This document shows, one piece after another, positions 58,701 through 64,000 of a DNA stretch of 64,000 nt (position 1 is the stretch's first letter; every line of letters begins with the position of its first letter). The notes under the pieces were generated by a model. That model was not told where the DNA came from. It saw nothing but the letters and a program-made list of their open reading frames with translations, and ran no database searches. The stretch is from the NCBI RefSeq assembly GCF_009914755.1, contig NC_060942.1; one strand, 5' to 3'. The position numbers were made by a program, and so were the translations under genes. The stretch is from the human T2T-CHM13v2.0 reference genome, Homo sapiens.

Positions 58701-59159
58701 ACAGCTGGGGGATACCAACTGTCTACGTAGATGCACAGTGAGAGTTTGACAATATTTCCAAGAGTTGCATAGCAGCCAGATTTCTTAGAAAAGTACTTAG
58801 CAAGACATTTCAGTAAATCCTGCTAAAGCAGTCATTGCAACTATAAATGGCAAATATTATGAGTCCTAAATTTTGGTACTTAACTAGAATGAAGACTTTG
58901 TCAAATATACAACTGAAAGTTCTTAGAATTATGAAGCGTTTTCCCCTAAAAACAGAAGGAAAAGACTGCGTTTTCATCAGAAGAACCTGCAGGCTCCACG
59001 AGCCTCATGTCGTGTTTGGATGCTTATTGTTCTCAGATGCTATTACTGGGTGAATGACGCACTGGCCTGCATAATTCTTCATAGTCCATTCTGATCCTTC
59101 CTTCCACATCTACAATATCTGATGGAAAAGGACACTTTCATCTGGACAATTAAGCCTGG

Positions 59160-60400
59160 GAAAGTATTCATTTCCTTCCTTCCTTCAACAAATAGTCACT
59201 GAATGTCTTCAAGATGCCCATTGCTGTGCTGGAGAGTGGGATGCTTTGTGAGAACCAGAGGAGCATCAGGACCTTGGGTCTGATATGGTTTGGAGCTGTG
59301 TCCCCACCCAAATCTCCTGTCAAAATATAATTCTCAGTGTTGGGGGTGGGGCCTGGTGGGAGGTGATTGGATCATGGGGGTGGTTGCTTCATAAATAGTT
59401 TAGCACCTTCTCCTCAGTGCTGTTCTTGTGTTGGTGAGTGAGTTCTCATGAGATCTGGTTGTGTAAAAGTGTGTAGCACCTCCTTGCTCTCTCTTCCTCC
59501 TGCTCCAGCCATGTAAATTGCTGGCTCCCCCATTGCCTTCCGCCATGATTGTAAGTTTCCAGAGGTCTCCCCAAAAGCCAAGCAGGTGCTGCCATGCTTT
59601 TTGTATGGCCTGCAGAATCGTGAGCCATTTCAACCTCATTTCTTTAGAAATTATCCAGTCTCCTTTATAGCAGTATGAGAACTGATAAATACAGGGTCCT
59701 TCTATAATAAGAGAATGAGAAGCATTAGACAAGCAATCACGTTGATAAATAGCTGCTAATGGAAACAGGCTATGGAGGAACATTCCAAGTGTTATTAAGA
59801 TGTACAACACTTAGACAGCTCCTGATTGAGTGCTCAAGGAAGACCACCTTAATGTATTATTATGAATATTAGTTAACCTGGGTGGGGGATAGATTTGGAG
59901 GAATGGGGCATGTTGAAATCTCCAAAGAAGAAATAGAGAGTTCTATTAGATAGATGTAAAGAAGGCCAGCATGCAATGCCAAGAAAATCCAGGAAGGAGG
60001 ACAGGTTGGGAAACAACTGGAGAATCAGAAAGAAGCAGCAGACTGCCAGAAGCTTACAAGACCTGCTAAGGATTTTTACCATCATTCTAAGCATGACATG
60101 AACCCAGTGAAATATCTGGAGCAGAGAAATAATGCAACTAGATTTGCATACAAAGATTAAAAAAAATCATTCGGCATGAAGTGTGAAGAAGGCATGAGGA
60201 AAGGTTAGAGTGGGTGTGGACAGCCCAGAGGGATTCGACAGGAGTCCAGGGAGAGATGAGAACAGAAGGAATGGAGAGGGGTGGAGAGACCCAGAGGGAA
60301 AAGGACTGTAGGATTCATTGCATTTATTGGAGTGGTAGAGAGGTGTAAGGGACAAAGGGGCTTGAAGTGAAGCCAATCACTTATGTCCCTAACACACCCC
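59160..60400 (-). mobile_element. L2 LINE remnant, split by an MSTA LTR
   Basis: cttcaacaaatagtcactgaatgtc...; later gcagagaaataatgcaactagatttgcat...agtccagggagagatg. Confidence 0.6.
59281..59693 (+). mobile_element. MSTA MaLR solo LTR
   Basis: tgatatggtttggagctgtgtccccacccaaatctc...gaactgataaataca; perfect TSD GGGTC (59276-59280 / 59694-59698). Confidence 0.92.
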
Positions 60401-62029
60401 TTCTCCCATTCCTCGGTTGGAGATTCTCAGAATCTGGGCATGCTTGGGGAAAGTGTTGTACAAACAAATTGAACATCAATAACTTCATCGATAATCAGTA
60501 ACATCAAGTTCTTGGACAGGAACACGACCGCTGCTGCGCCCCCCTTTCGGCTGCCAGGCTTATTCCTCTTGATTAAGCACGATGTGCACATTGCTGCTCT
60601 GGTCTGGGACCAGGACCCCAACTCCATGCCTTCTTCTCCTAGGCCCTGCAGCTTTCTCTCCCCTGAAGGTCATACCAGAAGAAAAATGCTTCTCTCTTAT
60701 TGTCTTGTGTCCTCCTAAGATCCAATTTAAAAAGTGAGACTCTAATTGCTCCTGAATGAACTACTTTAACTTATTTAGGGGGAAAAATTTAATAAATCAG
60801 AACATTCTTTGGACTGAGTCATCGTGATAAGTACAGAGTTATTCTTGGTTCATGATACACATGGAGCCAAAACATAGTTCTTGCTTGAAAATAAACAATA
60901 TAACTTTGTCCTTATTCTCTAAGAGGAAGAAAAACCAAATAATAGTAATGTACTAGGAAAATTTCCATAAATACATTGATATCTCTTATACCATTTTATT
61001 TAAATCTTAAGTTGATACAAACACAAATAGAATCATACAAAAATTTTCATATAAGAACAATTTAACATATTTCTTATACAGCTAAATATATTAATCCCTT
61101 CTGTAAGCCCTACAGGATATTTTGCATATTAATGTAACTATTTTATAGCACATGTTTATTCAGTCATCAGTGTAACGGGTACCTACTGAGCTCCAATTAC
61201 TTGTGAAAATGACACAGGGCTAATTTGTCCGTACTTCATCATTTATCCAATTTGTTCCATGAAGAGGTATGACTGTTGGCTGTATCTGGTGTATTATGTT
61301 GAATAACCAAGATAGAAGGTCTAATAAGGCTTGATTTCTGACATTAAGAAATGAGAGGTCTAGTGTATGTCTTACTTTACTACTTTAGGTGAATATTTCA
61401 TGACAAGTAAATATTTTTTAAAAACTTTGACTTCTCAGGCCACAGAGAAACTCTCAAGAAAACCAAGTTTAGCTTACAGGTATTTCTAGCATCTGTGAGT
61501 TGTTAAAGACTCCCAAACCATAAAATTAGATCTTTAAAAACATGCAAAAAGGAACAGACATGCTGAAGGGTTAATAACGAGAAGCACGTGCTTACTCTCT
61601 GTGCTTTAACCACATGGACACTGTTGTCACTGCTACTAATGCTCACGTTTTCAGGTTTCTATTTCTGGTGTGGGTGACACTGCTCTTTCTTTAGAAAACA
61701 TACTTTAAATGGCTTAGGGAGTAAATGTGGTAAAATAAATACAAAATAAGTAGGAAGATGAATGAACAATTCAATATTATATTCCAGAGAAGATAAAAAT
61801 AAAAAGCTAAGCAATTAACACTACACTTAAAAGATGAGTGTGTTGTAGTTGACCACAGGTACCAGGGCTCCCTGTATTCTGACACCCAAGTGCTAGACAC
61901 ATTTCTGCTTTTAGCAGACCTGCAGAATCATCTGAGTTTACAGATATATGCATGCAATTGAATTAGTGTGCAGACATGCATTCTCTGCCATGTCAGCTGA
62001 GAAGACGATGAGGCCTAGGGGCAGTGGCC

Positions 62030-62543
62030 ATCCAGCAGCCGTATGAACCTAGTGTGCAGATCTTGGTTTCTAAGGCCATTCTCCCATAAAAGGTGCCAGG
62101 GCGCCTTGGATAAATGGCTGATGCTAGGACTAGGGCAGGAAATATCCAAGGTAATCTTGGTGCATATTGTTGCCAGAAAGCAAGGAAGTGCTCAACACAT
62201 GCACACACGCAAACTCAGACACGCACACTCACACAGCATATGTCAAGAGACACACGAGTCAACTGAAGGGCTCGGAATAGCCAAGTAGGGAACAATGAAA
62301 GCAAGAGAACAAACCATGTGGTCCTAGATTATAACCCAAAGTATACAATAAATGTCCATGGGTCCATACCGATATGAAAATGATATCAACAAGTAACTAA
62401 ACAAAGCAGAATAGCCAACTGTCCTGTGTAGAAGAATTCAAAATAATTTATACAAATATTCCATTCTCAGGAGGAGGGTCATCACTCCCCACCCTTCAGT
62501 GTGGGCTGTGAAGAGGAACTTCCTTCTTAAGAGTACAGCATGG
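62030..62543 (+). mobile_element. L1MC/MD 3' UTR fragments
   Basis: cctagtgtgcagatcttggtttctaa...gccagaaagcaaggaagtgctc; agaagaattcaaaataattta...cactccccacccttcagtgtgggctg. Confidence 0.65.
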
Positions 62544-62627
62544 GCAGTGAGACGAGATCACACCACTGCACTCCAGCCTGGTAACAGAATGAGACTACAT
62601 CTCAAAAAAAAAAAAAAAAAAAAAAAA
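62544..62627 (+). mobile_element. 5'-truncated Alu 3' end with poly(A)
   Basis: gcagtgagacgagatcacaccactgcactccagcctgg...gagactacatctc plus ~25 A. Confidence 0.88.
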
Positions 62628-62737
62628 AGGATGGTTGCTTCCAAGATGGCCAAATAGGAACAGCTCTTGTCTGCAGCTCCCAGGGAGATCAACACAGAAG
62701 ACAGGTGATTTCTGCATTTCCAACTGAGGTACCTGGT

Positions 62738-63070
62738 TCATCTCACTGGGACTGGTTGGACTGTAGGTGCAGCCCACAGAGAGCAAGACGAAGCAGAGTG
62801 GGGTGTCACATCACCTAGGAAGTGCAAGGGTTCAGGGGATTTCCCTTTTCTAGCCAAGGGAAGCCGTGAGAGACTGTACCTGGAGGAACAGTATACTCTT
62901 GCCCAAATACTGTGCTTTTCCCATGGTATTAGCAACTGACAGACCAGGAGATTCCCTCCTGTGCCTGGCTCAGTGTGTCCCATGCCCACAGAGTCTTGCT
63001 CACTGTTAGCGCAGCAGTCTGAGATCAACCTGCTAGGCTGCAGCCTGACAGGGGGAGGAGCATCTGCCAT
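62738..63070 (-). other. L1 antisense ORF0 homologue, open for 110 aa
   Basis: MADAPPPVRLQPSRLISDCCANSEQDSVGMGHTEPG... homologous to primate ORF0; ATG context gcaATGg. Confidence 0.65.
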
Positions 63071-63662
63071 TGCTGAGGCTTGAGTATTAAACAAAGCGGC
63101 TGGGAAGCTTGAACTGGGCAGAGCCCACCGCAGCTCAGCAGTGCCTACTGCCTCTCAAGAATCTACCTCTGTGGGCAGGGCATACCTGAACAAAAGGCAG
63201 CAGACAACATCTGCAGACTTAAACGTCCCTGTCTGACAGCTCTGAAGAGAGTAGTGTTTCTCCCAGCATGGCATTTGAGCTCTGAGAACAGACAGACTGC
63301 CTCCTCAAGCGGGCCTCTGACCCCCATGTAGCCTGTCTAGGGGACACCTCCCAGAAGGGGCCGACAGACACCTCATACAGGCAGGTGCGCCTCTGGGACG
63401 AAGCTTCGAGAGGTAGGAGCAGGCAGCAATATTTGCTGTTCTGCAATATTTGCTGTTCTGCAGCCTCTGCTGGGGAAGACTGAGGGTCTGGAGTGGACCT
63501 CCAGCAAACTCCAACGGACCTGCTGCTGAGGGGCCTGACTGTTAGAAGGAAAACTAACAAACAGAAAAGAATAGCATCAACATCAACAAAAAGGACATCC
63601 AAACCAAAACCCCATCTGTAGGTCACCAACATCAAAGACCAAAGGTAGAATAAACCACAAAG

Positions 63663-64000
63663 ATGGGTAGAAACCAGAGCAGAAAGGCTGAAAATTCCAA
63701 AAACCAGAGTGCCTTTTCTCCTCCAAAGGACTGCAGCTCCTCACCAGCAACAGAACAAAACTGGAGGGTGAATGAGCTTGACGAGTTGACAGAAGTAGGC
63801 TTCAGAAGGTTGGTAATAACAAACTTCTCGGAGCTAAAAGAAGGATGTTTGAACCCATGGCAAGGAAGCTAAAAACCTTGAAAAAAGGTTAGACGAATGG
63901 CTAACTAGAATAAACAGTGTAGAGAAGACCTTAAATGACCTGATGGAGCTAAAAACCGCAGCATGAGAACTTCGTGATGCATGCACAAGCTTCAATAGCC
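63663..64000 (+). pseudogene. L1 ORF1 N-terminus with a +1 frameshift near 63840
   Basis: ...ITNFSELK then an off-frame stop at 63870-63872; KEAKNLEKRLDEWLTRINSVEK continues in another frame. Confidence 0.88.

Larger units (their letters stand above)
62628..64000 (+). mobile_element. L1PA6-like LINE-1: 5' UTR and start of ORF1; continues beyond the window
   Basis: cttccaagatggccaaataggaacagctc (YY1 site) and a complete ~1-kb 5' UTR; ORF1 MGRNQSRKAENSKNQS at 63663. Confidence 0.92.

Noticed and set aside
63426-63460. 17-bp tandem duplication gcaatatttgctgttct in the L1 5' UTR
   Set aside because: As far as I recall this is a subfamily consensus feature rather than locus-specific; not verified

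Overview
This is primate genomic DNA, very probably human: it carries an AluYa-lineage insertion, L1PA4 and L1PA6 elements, THE1A, MER11 and LTR9. I recognise no host protein-coding exon, RNA gene or CRISPR array, so the window reads as intergenic or deep intronic. It is dominated by retroelements: a full-length but dead L1PA4-like element (minus strand, ~16.98-23.14 kb), the 5' end of an L1PA6-like element running off the right edge, a 5'-inverted L1MB-type copy, about 14 Alu copies or fragments, and several MaLR/ERV solo LTRs, some with target-site duplications (TSDs). It also has DNA-transposon relics (MER2, MER45A, Charlie-like), CA-, TG- and AT-rich low-complexity tracts, and a 51-bp VNTR that arose inside an MLT1 LTR. 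Almost all long ORFs in the track come from these repeats. The most interesting non-catalogue signals are: a ~210-bp fold-back inverted duplication at 55.2-55.7 kb; a 35-bp templated insertion into an AT-rich tract at 30.3 kb; a ~30-bp micro-inversion at 9.07 kb; an orphan CpG island with a strong splice donor at 2.5-3.75 kb; a TG tract with ~35 TGCATG (RBFOX) motifs; back-to-back LTR9/MER11 LTRs; and L1 ORF0 homologues. I see no evidence for a new multi-gene system. Subfamily names come from remembered consensus features and need RepeatMasker/Dfam confirmation. Counts were made by eye.
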